From a virus (taxonomy: Duplodnaviria; Heunggongvirae; Uroviricota; Caudoviricetes), in the IMG/VR virus record IMGVR_UViG_3300008261_001827, positions 1 to 44,893 of that record: a stretch of 44,893 nt of DNA; one strand, given 5' to 3'. Each line of letters opens with the position of its first letter. Position 1 is the first letter of the stretch. Below are positions 9,145 through 18,422 of this stretch, in pieces. The position numbers and the translations under genes were made by a program. The notes below the pieces were generated by a model. It saw only the letters and a program-made list of their open reading frames with translations. It made no database searches and was not told where the DNA came from.

Positions 9145-9152
9145 TATAAATA
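9145..9152 (+). promoter_or_regulatory. T4-type late promoter TATAAATA upstream of modification island 1
   Basis: Exact consensus in the intergenic gap 9129-9259. Confidence 0.75.
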
Positions 9153-9259
9153 GAGTAGAAGCTATTAAACTCATAGCGTCGCAAAAAGATCTTATATAAA
9201 ATTTTAGACTTTTTGAGTAATTTTAATATTACAAACTTTTAATATGAAAGGTGATTTAA

Positions 9260-9820
9260 ATGAAGATTAATCTTGGCGCTGGTGGAACGAAGCTCGATGG
9301 TTTTGTAACTCTAGATTACGACCCGCTTGAAAATCCAGACTATATCGTAGATCTGGAAAAAGACACACTGCCATTCGAAGATAGCACAGTTGAAGTTGTT
9401 ATCGCTCATCACATACTCGAACATCTTGGGCCTGGTTATTTCCATTGCCTTAAAGAAATCTATCGAGTCTGTAAGCATGGAGCGACGATAGACATTCGTG
9501 TTCCGCATCATCGGCACGACTACTTCTACGACGACCCAACACATCGTAGACCAATTACTGTTGGTGGTCTTCTTCTTTTTAGTAAGAAACATAATAAACT
9601 ATGCAGGGAACAAGGCGCTGCGTCAAGCAGACTCGGTGATTACTTTAAAGTTGACTTTGAGATCCTAGATTACAACTATATGCCATCTCAGCAATACCGA
9701 GATCAGTTTGTTGGTGAACCGAGAGATGTTGTTGAAAAGTATCTTCGCGAACACAATAACATTATTGAAGAACTCTGGGTGAATTTAGTGGTGATCAAAG
9801 ATGAACACGGCGGAAAATAA
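9260..9820 (+). CDS. Class I SAM-dependent methyltransferase (Methyltransf_11-like)
   Basis: INLGAGG motif I; LPFEDSTVEVVIAHHILEHL; EIYRVCKHG; DDPTHRR. Confidence 0.8.
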   Translation: MKINLGAGGTKLDGFVTLDYDPLENPDYIVDLEKDTLPFEDSTVEVVIAHHILEHLGPGYFHCLKEIYRVCKHGATIDIRVPHHRHDYFYDDPTHRRPITVGGLLLFSKKHNKLCREQGAASSRLGDYFKVDFEILDYNYMPSQQYRDQFVGEPRDVVEKYLREHNNIIEELWVNLVVIKDEHGGK

Positions 9821-11150
9821 ATTTAAGATAGAAGATCTAAAACCCGTTGTAATGGATCTTCTATCTCACGAAAAACGCGAAATCGTATTTGATATTCTTA
9901 ACATGTATTTTCAAAGAGCAGAGGGTATAGGGGACTTTGATGCTCTTGGATATCTGGCACTAAAAGCAGAACACCGCGATTTGTATCTGAAATGTGCAGA
10001 AGCTGCATATACGAAGGCCGAAAGTCCTCAACAACTATACATCGCCAGATCAAACCTCTATAAAGCATATAACGCAATGAATATGCCGGATGATGCTCTA
10101 TTCTATATTAATCTAAATCTGATGATCACGCCGGATGACTTTGAGACTCAGACTCAAAAAGCGTTTAATATCGCACTCAAGGGAGATAGAACGGCGTCAG
10201 AAAAGATACTGTTAGACTTACTTGAAAAACATCCAGAGAAGCGAGAGGACATGAGAAGTGCTCTGTCGGGTAAAACGCTTCGTGAAGGAAAACTTGCAGA
10301 GGGAGTCTTGTCGTTCCTTGGGACGTTTAAGCCAAAGAGTGGCAAGTTTGATGATGCTCTTAAGATGAAGCGGTGGACCGGAGCAATTCAACCAGGTAAG
10401 ACTGTCTATATAGAGGGAGAGGGAGGTATAGGTGACGAGATCATCAACATTCGCTTTTTCAAATATCTTAAAGACTTAGGAATGAGACCAATACTCTACT
10501 CGTCGTGGTCTAAGTATCGCGAAGACACCGTGAATATGTTTCGTAGAAATGGGTTTGAAGTAATAACTGAGTACTATTCAATTGATCGGACACAACTATG
10601 GGCACCGATGATGAGTCTTCCAGGGTATCTCAATCTCGACGAATCTAAATTGTGGTATGGTTCGTATCTTAAACCTTTGAATGATCCAAAGAATAAAATC
10701 AATAGCACTAAGTTTAAAATTGGTATCAAGTGTTCAGGAAATCCATACTTTTCGCAAGATGAGTATCGTAAGATACCAATCGAAAAGATGTTAGAATACT
10801 TACCAGAGAACGCAGAGATCTATTACATCGACAAGCAGCCAATAAATAATCCTAGAGTAATAGATCTATCGTCAAGAATAGAAACTTGGGAAGATACACT
10901 CGACTTTATTGAACAGATGGACTGTATCGTAAGTTCGTGCACGAGCTTGGTTCATGCCGCTGGCGCTATCGGAAAAACATCTTTTGTTGTAGTTCCAATT
11001 GCGGAGTATTACATTTGGTCTACTTCCAGTAAGACGTCAAAGTCTCCTTGGTATGGAGATAACTTTCAAGTACACAAACAGACTAAAGTTCGAAGCTGGG
11101 ACGAACCTCTGCAATGCGTAAATGAACAACTTTTGAAATTGATTGGATAA
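9801..11150 (+). CDS. TPR-containing GT-B glycosyltransferase (GT9-like C-terminus)
   Basis: Helical N-terminal repeats; EGEGGIGDEIINIRF and DCIVSSCTSLVHAAGAIGK match the EQGxGD / DLVISVDTxxxHLAGALG pattern. Confidence 0.75.
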   Translation: MNTAENKFKIEDLKPVVMDLLSHEKREIVFDILNMYFQRAEGIGDFDALGYLALKAEHRDLYLKCAEAAYTKAESPQQLYIARSNLYKAYNAMNMPDDALFYINLNLMITPDDFETQTQKAFNIALKGDRTASEKILLDLLEKHPEKREDMRSALSGKTLREGKLAEGVLSFLGTFKPKSGKFDDALKMKRWTGAIQPGKTVYIEGEGGIGDEIINIRFFKYLKDLGMRPILYSSWSKYREDTVNMFRRNGFEVITEYYSIDRTQLWAPMMSLPGYLNLDESKLWYGSYLKPLNDPKNKINSTKFKIGIKCSGNPYFSQDEYRKIPIEKMLEYLPENAEIYYIDKQPINNPRVIDLSSRIETWEDTLDFIEQMDCIVSSCTSLVHAAGAIGKTSFVVVPIAEYYIWSTSSKTSKSPWYGDNFQVHKQTKVRSWDEPLQCVNEQLLKLIG

Positions 11151-11152
11151 TT

Positions 11153-11929
11153 ATGAACAAAACATATCACTTCATAACAGGTCTGCCTCGGTCGGGTTCA
11201 ACTCTGTTATCATCTATACTTCGTCAGAACCCAAGGTTTCACGCTTCAATTACTGACCCACTGGCAAGTCTAGTTAAGGGAGTTATTGAACATAGTCAAG
11301 ACGCTCCTGGAATGAAATCTGAAGTTCCTGTTGAACGCAGAAAGAACCTTGTGCGGCATTTATTCGAAGGTTACTACGAAGACGTCGATAGGCCAGTAGT
11401 ATTCAATACAAATAGAGCATGGACATACCTAACAAATGTTACTCGTGATCTCTATCCAAAATCAAAATACATAGTTTGTGTAAGGGATTTGAATTGGGTA
11501 ATAGACAGCTTTGAGTCTGCCCATCGCAGAAATCCATTCTCCACAAACACGGTGACTGGTGGCGTAGGAAGTTCAGTGTATCAACGAGTAGATAGTCTTA
11601 TGAAGGAAGACGGGGTTGTAGGTTTTCCATACGTTGGAATTAAGCAGGCTCTTACTGGTCATGATCAGCCACTTCTGTTCTTATTAGAATACGACTTGTT
11701 GTGCAAGCAGCCAAAAGAAATGATGAAAGCTCTTTACAACTTCATAGAAGAACCTTATTTTGAACATGATTTTAATAATGTAGAAGCTTCTTGGGATGAG
11801 TACGACGCAGAGATTGGTATTAAACTTCACGACGTTCGTAAGAAAGTTGAATTCCGCGAAAGAAAGTTTATACTTCCACCAGATATCCTTAATAAGCACG
11901 CAAATATGGAATTTTGGCGACAACTATGA
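11153..11929 (+). CDS. PAPS-dependent sulfotransferase
   Basis: FITGLPRSGSTLL 5'-PSB loop; YIVCVRD..WVIDSF 3'-PB motif. Confidence 0.85.
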   Translation: MNKTYHFITGLPRSGSTLLSSILRQNPRFHASITDPLASLVKGVIEHSQDAPGMKSEVPVERRKNLVRHLFEGYYEDVDRPVVFNTNRAWTYLTNVTRDLYPKSKYIVCVRDLNWVIDSFESAHRRNPFSTNTVTGGVGSSVYQRVDSLMKEDGVVGFPYVGIKQALTGHDQPLLFLLEYDLLCKQPKEMMKALYNFIEEPYFEHDFNNVEASWDEYDAEIGIKLHDVRKKVEFRERKFILPPDILNKHANMEFWRQL

Positions 11930-12552
11930 CTATAATAAAAAGAGAAGATGGTTTATATTGGCCAGAAATCGATGTCGATTCTTGCTATACATGGACTAAT
12001 GTTGAATTATACACCGTAGATTCAATAGTAGGATCTCTTAAGAATAAGCGCACAATAATTCACGCGGGTGGAAACGTTGGAGCATACACTTTAAAATTTG
12101 CCGAAGCATTCGAGACAGTTTATGTGTTTGAACCGGATGTTACAAACTTCAAGTGTCTATGCATGAATACTGCAGATCATGAAAACGTATTTCAGTTTAG
12201 AGCAGCACTAGGTAGTAAGGCATCGCAAGTTTCTATCACTAATGACACTCCAGAAAATTGCGGTACGTTTCGTGTAAAGGAAGATGGAAACATTCCTGTA
12301 ATAACGATAGACAGTCTTGGATTGACAGACATAGATTGTATACATTTAGATGTTGAAGGTTACGAAATGAATGCATTACTCGGAGCAGAGAACACTATAA
12401 AACTGCATCGTCCATTAATTGTAGTAGAATGGCTGGATCACGGTAAAAATTATGGTTGGGATAAAAAAGATATTATGAACTTTCTGCTTGATATGGGATA
12501 TAATCAAATGAAACAAATCGGTTCTGATATGATGTTTAAAAATGAAAATTGA
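11926..12552 (+). CDS. FkbM-family methyltransferase
   Basis: IHAGGNVGAY, VFEPD..NF, IDCIHLDVEGYEMNALLGA; start moved to 11926 (ATGA overlap). Confidence 0.85.
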   Translation: MTIIKREDGLYWPEIDVDSCYTWTNVELYTVDSIVGSLKNKRTIIHAGGNVGAYTLKFAEAFETVYVFEPDVTNFKCLCMNTADHENVFQFRAALGSKASQVSITNDTPENCGTFRVKEDGNIPVITIDSLGLTDIDCIHLDVEGYEMNALLGAENTIKLHRPLIVVEWLDHGKNYGWDKKDIMNFLLDMGYNQMKQIGSDMMFKNEN

Positions 12553-13324
12553 TATATTTTTACGAACTTGCGACGTCACAAACGTTCATACTGATTGGCG
12601 AGTTAGATACCACGGAATTGAAAAATCAGATCTTATTGTAGGATGTGTATCATCTTTAGTAAACGCAATAAATAATACTAAAGGAATGGATATTAATCTG
12701 ACGGTTCTCGACGATCATTCTTCAGAAGATACGGTTCAAAGAATCAAAGAGATCATTCAGAAAGTAGAAAATTCTAAACTAATACAACTCGATCAAAGTG
12801 GATACAATCATTCTGCTCATCAGCAGTGGATCCTTTGTAGGGATAGCAATTCGGACTTAGTGTATTCTGTTGAAGACGACTATCTTCACTGCCCCTCGGC
12901 AATACAGGAAATGGTTGACTCGTTTTATATGTTTTGCGATAGATTGAAACGAGAAGACATAGTGATATATCCATTCGACGAGCCGTCTGAATACGATCCT
13001 CCTGCTAGAACAGACTTCATAGTCCATGGCTCTGCTCGTCACTGGAGAACTGGAATATTTACAACAAACGTCATGATGACTACTCCAAAAATGTTTCGTG
13101 ACAACTGGGAACTTTTCGAGGTTCTTGCTCTTAAGTATAACGGTGACTATCTTAATCCGAGAACGGAACACTACGAAGAGTCAAATACGATCTGGAAGAT
13201 ATGGCAGAGCAACAAAGCGATTAGATTCAATCCGATCCCAAGTCTTGCATTACATATGCAATTTGAGCAACAGAAAGATCCTTTTATAGAATGGCAACAA
13301 TGGTGGAAAGATTACGCAAAATGA
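12542..13324 (+). CDS. GT-A (GT2-like) glycosyltransferase
   Basis: LTVLDDHSS and VYSVEDDYLH motifs; paralog of 15877-16680. Confidence 0.7.
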   Translation: MKIDIFLRTCDVTNVHTDWRVRYHGIEKSDLIVGCVSSLVNAINNTKGMDINLTVLDDHSSEDTVQRIKEIIQKVENSKLIQLDQSGYNHSAHQQWILCRDSNSDLVYSVEDDYLHCPSAIQEMVDSFYMFCDRLKREDIVIYPFDEPSEYDPPARTDFIVHGSARHWRTGIFTTNVMMTTPKMFRDNWELFEVLALKYNGDYLNPRTEHYEESNTIWKIWQSNKAIRFNPIPSLALHMQFEQQKDPFIEWQQWWKDYAK

Positions 13325-14256
13325 ACACTACATTTATTATTAACGGCGGTGCAGGAAGAGTAATTGCAGCGATACCTGCATTAGAAAAATTTCATAGACT
13401 AAATCCAAAGAATGATTTTAGAGTAATCGTTCACGGGTGGCAAGACTTATATTGGAGCCATCCTATTCTTCAACCAAGAACGATAGGAATTCATCAAAAG
13501 AATATCTTTGAAGAGTACGTAAAGAATTATAATCTAGTGTGCCCAGAACCTTATTATATACACGACTACTACAATCAAAAGATATCACTAGCTGAAGCAT
13601 TTGACCGTCAAATAAATAATACGACGGATCATAAGGATCTCGAAAAGCCTAACCTATACATCAGCACCTATGAGCGTACATCTGTTCAGAGAATTGTTGA
13701 AGAGTTTAAGCAGATACATAAGAAGAATAAAGTAGTGGTATTTCAGCCTTATGGAAGTACTATGACGATTTCAAACAATAGACCATACGATATTTCAAAC
13801 AGAAGTTTAGATGTCGATGACTACTTAAAGATCGGAAAGTTTTTAAACGATAAAGACTGTCTAATCTTCTTCTTTGGTAACAGAGAACTCAAACATCCTG
13901 GAGATAACTTTAGCGCGGATCTAACTAACTTTAATCCTGAACTAAGAATGTACATGGCTCTAATAAGCGAGTGTGATTATTTCGTAGGATGCGATAGCGT
14001 AGGTCAACATATGGCTAGAGCTTTTGATAAACCCGGATCTGTGTTTATGGGTAGTACGTTTGAAAAGAACGTAAGTTATCCTGACCATTTTAAATTCTTT
14101 AGAAAACAGGGACAAGATCCAGTTTACAGTCCGATTCGCCTTGGTGGAGTAGAATCGGACTTCACGGACAGATTGAATGACGGAATCATGAATTTTTCTG
14201 CGAACGAAATTAACGAGTCCTGCCAAGTAATACTTAAAGACATATATGACGAATAA
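13321..14256 (+). CDS. GT9-like (heptosyltransferase-like) glycosyltransferase
   Basis: GGAGRVIAAIPAL, VVFQPYGS, CDYFVGCDSVGQHMARAFDKP; start 13321 by ATGA overlap. Confidence 0.72.
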   Translation: MNTTFIINGGAGRVIAAIPALEKFHRLNPKNDFRVIVHGWQDLYWSHPILQPRTIGIHQKNIFEEYVKNYNLVCPEPYYIHDYYNQKISLAEAFDRQINNTTDHKDLEKPNLYISTYERTSVQRIVEEFKQIHKKNKVVVFQPYGSTMTISNNRPYDISNRSLDVDDYLKIGKFLNDKDCLIFFFGNRELKHPGDNFSADLTNFNPELRMYMALISECDYFVGCDSVGQHMARAFDKPGSVFMGSTFEKNVSYPDHFKFFRKQGQDPVYSPIRLGGVESDFTDRLNDGIMNFSANEINESCQVILKDIYDE

Positions 14257-14267
14257 TTGGAGAATCT

Positions 14268-14813
14268 ATGAGTAACACAAATTTTTCTGTAAATCGTTCT
14301 GTAATTAATTATATCCACGCAAGAGACTACTTTCCGAAAGATGAAGTAGAACAACTTCGGCCTCTTGTGCAAGATGTGCATTGGGTAGATAAAAAGTTTG
14401 GTAAAGAGATGGAGCATTTCAATCTCATCTTCAACGACATCGATCTTGTAATCGGTAAGATGGTTGGCGACATAGTTGAGATAGATAGAGCAGCGTCAGG
14501 AACCCTTCGTAGAACAATACACGAAGTAATACACTTCGAAGATTTTGCAGACTTAAACGACTGGAGATTCGTCGTTTCACTCGAAGAAAATGAATTTAAG
14601 ACATATATACACAAAGATGGATATAAGAGTGTTCTTGATTTTATTAAAGATGAAGAGAGTCAAGATAAAGAACTCGACTATCTTAATAATGACGAATGGG
14701 AAGTAGAGACATCAATAAAAATGAAACCAAACGATGTCTTATTCTATCGCCCATGGATCTTTCATTCATTTCAAGACGGCATACTTCACTACTACAAATT
14801 AAAAGTATTGTAA
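14268..14813 (+). CDS. Hypothetical protein, possible DUF6445/2OG-Fe(II) oxygenase-like fold
   Basis: IHARDYFP start, VIHFED, and KPNDVLFYRPWIFHSF resemble double-stranded beta-helix oxygenases. Confidence 0.5.
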   Translation: MSNTNFSVNRSVINYIHARDYFPKDEVEQLRPLVQDVHWVDKKFGKEMEHFNLIFNDIDLVIGKMVGDIVEIDRAASGTLRRTIHEVIHFEDFADLNDWRFVVSLEENEFKTYIHKDGYKSVLDFIKDEESQDKELDYLNNDEWEVETSIKMKPNDVLFYRPWIFHSFQDGILHYYKLKVL

Positions 14814-14820
14814 GTGCATA

Positions 14821-15492
14821 ATGTCTATTAACGTTTATGTGGTTACTTCAACTATAGTTACAGGAATTGGCCACATAGATCCGCAGACTAGATTTTATGA
14901 AACTATCGAAACAATTAAGAGTATAAGAAAACAAGACAAAGATTCATATGTTATATTAATAGATAACTCTTTGTCTAAGTTGCCGGATGCTGAAGAGAAT
15001 TTAATATCGAGTATGGCTGACTATTACCTATACGTCGGAGATAGAAAGCAATGTATAGAATTCAACAAGAACGGAGTTCGTTCTGCCGGCGAAGCGTTTA
15101 TTCTTTTAGTATCCTTTGATGTTATTCGTAACGAAATTAGAAACGAAGTAAATAGAATATTCAAGGTGTCCGGAAGATACAGACTTACAGAAAGTTTTGA
15201 TCCGTTAGAGTACGACTCATTCAAAGGAAAATACTGTTTTAAGTCAAGAGAAGAAAACATGAGACACGATGAAACCGCGTGTTTCTTACATACACGCCTT
15301 TGGTCCTTTTGTTACACTTTATTAGATGACGCTAATGACTTATTAAGAAAGTCTCTTAAGACGATTTTTGAAAAAAATGTTAACATAGAAGAAGCCATGT
15401 TCGTTAACATAAATAAAAACTTGATAGCAGAAAAAGATATATTGCATTGTGAAGGTATGCTTGCTATGTGGAATGAAAAGGTATCAGAATGA
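14821..15492 (+). CDS. Hypothetical protein, possibly glycosyltransferase-related
   Basis: R..ETIETIKSIR, ILIDNS, RIFKVSGRY motifs recur in proteins of phage glycan islands; function uncertain. Confidence 0.55.
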   Translation: MSINVYVVTSTIVTGIGHIDPQTRFYETIETIKSIRKQDKDSYVILIDNSLSKLPDAEENLISSMADYYLYVGDRKQCIEFNKNGVRSAGEAFILLVSFDVIRNEIRNEVNRIFKVSGRYRLTESFDPLEYDSFKGKYCFKSREENMRHDETACFLHTRLWSFCYTLLDDANDLLRKSLKTIFEKNVNIEEAMFVNINKNLIAEKDILHCEGMLAMWNEKVSE

Positions 15493-15908
15493 AAGTATTC
15501 ATAAACGGAACTTTTGATATACTGCATCCTGGTCACATGCGGCTTATCACTTTTGCCTCAAACTACGGAGACTATCTAAAGATCGGCATAGACTCAGATA
15601 GTAGAGTTAAAAAACTAAAGGGCGCATCTCGACCAATCAATAACCAAGATACGAGAGCAACTATGCTTTTTCATGTGAAAGGCGTTGACGAAATTTCTAT
15701 CTTTGACAGTGAAGAAGAACTGATAAATATTATCAGAGAGTATGAACCGGACTATATGGTTGTCGGTTCTGACTACAGAAATAAAAAAGTGATAGGCAGC
15801 GAGTATGCAAAGAAACTGATATTCTTTGATAGAATAGAAGAATACTCTTCGACTCGAGTGATAGAAAAGATAAGAGATGAACGTACACTATGCGCTGCAA
15901 ACTTGTGA
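15489..15908 (+). CDS. rfaE2: D-glycero-beta-D-manno-heptose 1-phosphate adenylyltransferase (HldE C-terminal domain, stand-alone)
   Basis: NGTFDILHPGH, IDSDSRVKKLKGASRPIN, PDYMVVGSDY, SSTRVIEKI align with the HldE C-domain. Confidence 0.85.
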   Translation: MKVFINGTFDILHPGHMRLITFASNYGDYLKIGIDSDSRVKKLKGASRPINNQDTRATMLFHVKGVDEISIFDSEEELINIIREYEPDYMVVGSDYRNKKVIGSEYAKKLIFFDRIEEYSSTRVIEKIRDERTLCAANL

Positions 15909-16680
15909 TATCGCGTCAAACCAGGTAACCAAGAGATACTGCTGTGACACGAAACACGAGCTTATTCGAAAGTGCGTGTCTTCTTTCTTTCAATCAGTTC
16001 ACGAAGCAGCCAAAAGAGATAGATCTATTAATCATCGCATAGCAATATTCGACGATCATTCTACGCAAGAAACAGTTTACTTTATTCAAGAATGTGTTAA
16101 AATATATTCAAAAGAAAACGTTCAGGTTGAGCTGTATCATCTAGAAAACTTAGGCATAATGAATTCGATCCGCTCTTGCTACGAATGGCTATTGAGTAAT
16201 GGAACGGATTTAGTATACCAAGTTCAAGACGATTATCTTTTTGAAAAATCTGCGATAACCGAGGTCATTGATACATACTTTAGGATGCTGATTGAGACAA
16301 ACACGCAACCAATCGTAACACCCTATAATGCGCCGTATCTTTGGTCTGCCGTATATCGAAACAGTACTACTCCGAGAACGATCTTTATGGGAGAGAAGAG
16401 ATACTGGATTCAGATATACGACGTGTCTTGTTCGTTTTTAACGAGTCATCAAAATTTCATAAATAATAGTGATATACTCGAGAAGTTCTTAAATCTGGAT
16501 CCTCGAGATCCTGAACTTGAAAAGATCTCTCTCAATAAGATAATGGTAGAAAGAGGTTGTCTCGCAGTATGTCCGTTTGAAAGCATTGCTCTGCATATGC
16601 AAGGTGAATACGAGCGTGATCCGTATGTTGATTGGAAATTATTATGGGACTCTATAGATGAAGATATTATTACTAGGTGA
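15877..16680 (+). CDS. GT-A (GT2-like) glycosyltransferase
   Basis: IAIFDDHST, VYQVQDDYLF, SIALHMQ...DPYVDW; paralog of 12542-13324. Confidence 0.7.
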   Translation: MNVHYALQTCDIASNQVTKRYCCDTKHELIRKCVSSFFQSVHEAAKRDRSINHRIAIFDDHSTQETVYFIQECVKIYSKENVQVELYHLENLGIMNSIRSCYEWLLSNGTDLVYQVQDDYLFEKSAITEVIDTYFRMLIETNTQPIVTPYNAPYLWSAVYRNSTTPRTIFMGEKRYWIQIYDVSCSFLTSHQNFINNSDILEKFLNLDPRDPELEKISLNKIMVERGCLAVCPFESIALHMQGEYERDPYVDWKLLWDSIDEDIITR

Positions 16681-17401
16681 CAGCTGTTATGATTACTATC
16701 ACTACGGTGAAGTAAACCGTATTAGTCCAGAAGCTCCTATTCCGATCTTTGATCACGTATACACCAAGAAGAAACTTGGCATGATGTCAAACGTTCTTGA
16801 GAACTTTCGTTCTCTTGGAGTAAATCCTGACTATCAGACGTATTTCTTTGAGAATAAGAATCGTTATATAGATGTAAAATCAAAACAACAGTTGCTTCGT
16901 GTAGATCAAAGGATTGAAGAAGAGGGTATTGATACTATCATATATGATGGCGTTCAGTTTAATGAATACGATGCAATCGTTATCTCTGACTATGATAAGG
17001 GATTCGTTAGTTATGACGACATTAAGCGGATACGTCAAGAGTTCAAAGGTCCTGTCTTTATAGATACCAAAAAGAAGTACCTCGCAGATATAGGCAACTG
17101 CTTTGTTAAGATTAACCAATACGAACACAAGAACTTAATTTCAGAGCCAAAACCAGAAAACCTTATCGTCACTCGCGGCGATGATGGCGCGGTATGGAAT
17201 AATGTATTATACTTCTCACCAAGAGTAGAAGCACATGATGTATGCGGCGCCGGAGACACATTCCTTGCAGCCCTCGTGTTTGAATACCTTCGTAAGGACT
17301 GCGATATGGAATCGGCAATATTATTCGCAATGAAAGCAGCGGCAGTTACTGTTCAGAAGATCGGTGTATATGCGCCAACTTTAAAAGAGATAGAAGGATA
17401 A
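16658..17401 (+). CDS. rfaE1: Heptose 7-phosphate kinase (HldE N-terminal PfkB domain, stand-alone)
   Basis: GD...D.Y.YG...RISPEAPIP, QQLLRVD, VISDYDKG, DVCGAGDTF. Confidence 0.88.
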   Translation: MKILLLGDSCYDYYHYGEVNRISPEAPIPIFDHVYTKKKLGMMSNVLENFRSLGVNPDYQTYFFENKNRYIDVKSKQQLLRVDQRIEEEGIDTIIYDGVQFNEYDAIVISDYDKGFVSYDDIKRIRQEFKGPVFIDTKKKYLADIGNCFVKINQYEHKNLISEPKPENLIVTRGDDGAVWNNVLYFSPRVEAHDVCGAGDTFLAALVFEYLRKDCDMESAILFAMKAAAVTVQKIGVYAPTLKEIEG

Positions 17402-17407
17402 CATATA

Positions 17408-18046
17408 ATGCGTTATAATGTGATTAATCATTTAGCCGCGGCTTACTATGACAATAATTGTTCATATCTTGAGATTGGAGTAGAGCACCCCGAAAATTGT
17501 TTTAATCTCATAAACGCATCGAAAAAATGTTCTGTCGATCCGCAAAAGACAAGACCAGAAGTTCATATTGACTATCAAATGACTTCTGACGAATTCTTTG
17601 AGAAGTTGCGTAATAAGAAGACTGAGTTTGAACCCGATCACAAGTGGGACATCATCTTTATAGACGGCCTTCACTTAGCAGATCAAGTATATCGTGACAT
17701 ACAAAATGCGATTAATCACTGTAAAGGATTTGTAGTTTTACACGACTGTGGTCCAGAAAATTTTTATAATGCGCATTCTGACTATAAATTTTTCAAAGAA
17801 AACGGCGGAGCGTGGTGTGGAACCACATGGAAAGCTTTCTATAAGTTTAGGACTGAAACATACCTAAAGACTTATACCGTCGACATAGATTATGGAATTG
17901 GAGTCATAGAGATGAACTCTGAGGGAACACCAATAAAGCTAGATAATCCGTGGTTTGAATATGGAAAGTTTAAAAACAACATGACTCTAGACTTAGGCTT
18001 AATTACACCTATTCAATTTATAAATGATCATCCTATTAAGGAGTAG
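17408..18046 (+). CDS. Class I SAM methyltransferase (Methyltransf_24-like)
   Basis: YLEIGV, DIIFIDGLHLADQVYRDI, VVLHDC, GTTWKA. Confidence 0.8.
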   Translation: MRYNVINHLAAAYYDNNCSYLEIGVEHPENCFNLINASKKCSVDPQKTRPEVHIDYQMTSDEFFEKLRNKKTEFEPDHKWDIIFIDGLHLADQVYRDIQNAINHCKGFVVLHDCGPENFYNAHSDYKFFKENGGAWCGTTWKAFYKFRTETYLKTYTVDIDYGIGVIEMNSEGTPIKLDNPWFEYGKFKNNMTLDLGLITPIQFINDHPIKE

Positions 18047-18050
18047 TGAA

Positions 18051-18422
18051 ATGACAAGACTTAACGGATTTGTAGAAAAGGGTTGGGGCCACGAACTTAT
18101 TTGGGCCACTAACGATAAGTATTGTGGAAAGCTTCTAAACTTTAATGCTGGCGCAAAGTTTTCAATGCATTTTCACAGAGAAAAAGACGAGACTTGGTAT
18201 GTGCTATCTGGAGAATTTATAGTTCATTGGATAGATACAGAAAACGCTAAGAGACATTCTTTAGTACTTACTACCGGATCAACTTGGAGAAATACACCGC
18301 TTCAACCCCATCAGATAGAATGTCTCCAAGAAGGTACTATTATTGAAGTTTCAACGCCGGATTCTGTAGAGGATAATTACAGAATAATGCCGGGCGACAG
18401 TCAAAAGGAAGTTACATTATGA
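18051..18422 (+). CDS. Cupin-fold protein (sugar isomerase-like)
   Basis: KGWGHELIW, FSMHFHREKDETWYVLSG, PLQPHQI; AAGGAG RBS supports start 18051. Confidence 0.78.
   Translation: MTRLNGFVEKGWGHELIWATNDKYCGKLLNFNAGAKFSMHFHREKDETWYVLSGEFIVHWIDTENAKRHSLVLTTGSTWRNTPLQPHQIECLQEGTIIEVSTPDSVEDNYRIMPGDSQKEVTL

Noticed and set aside
9182-9215. Hairpin in the leader of island 1 as a terminator or regulator
   Set aside because: AT-rich 10-bp stem with a bulge, no U-tract and no overlap with the RBS; could be chance
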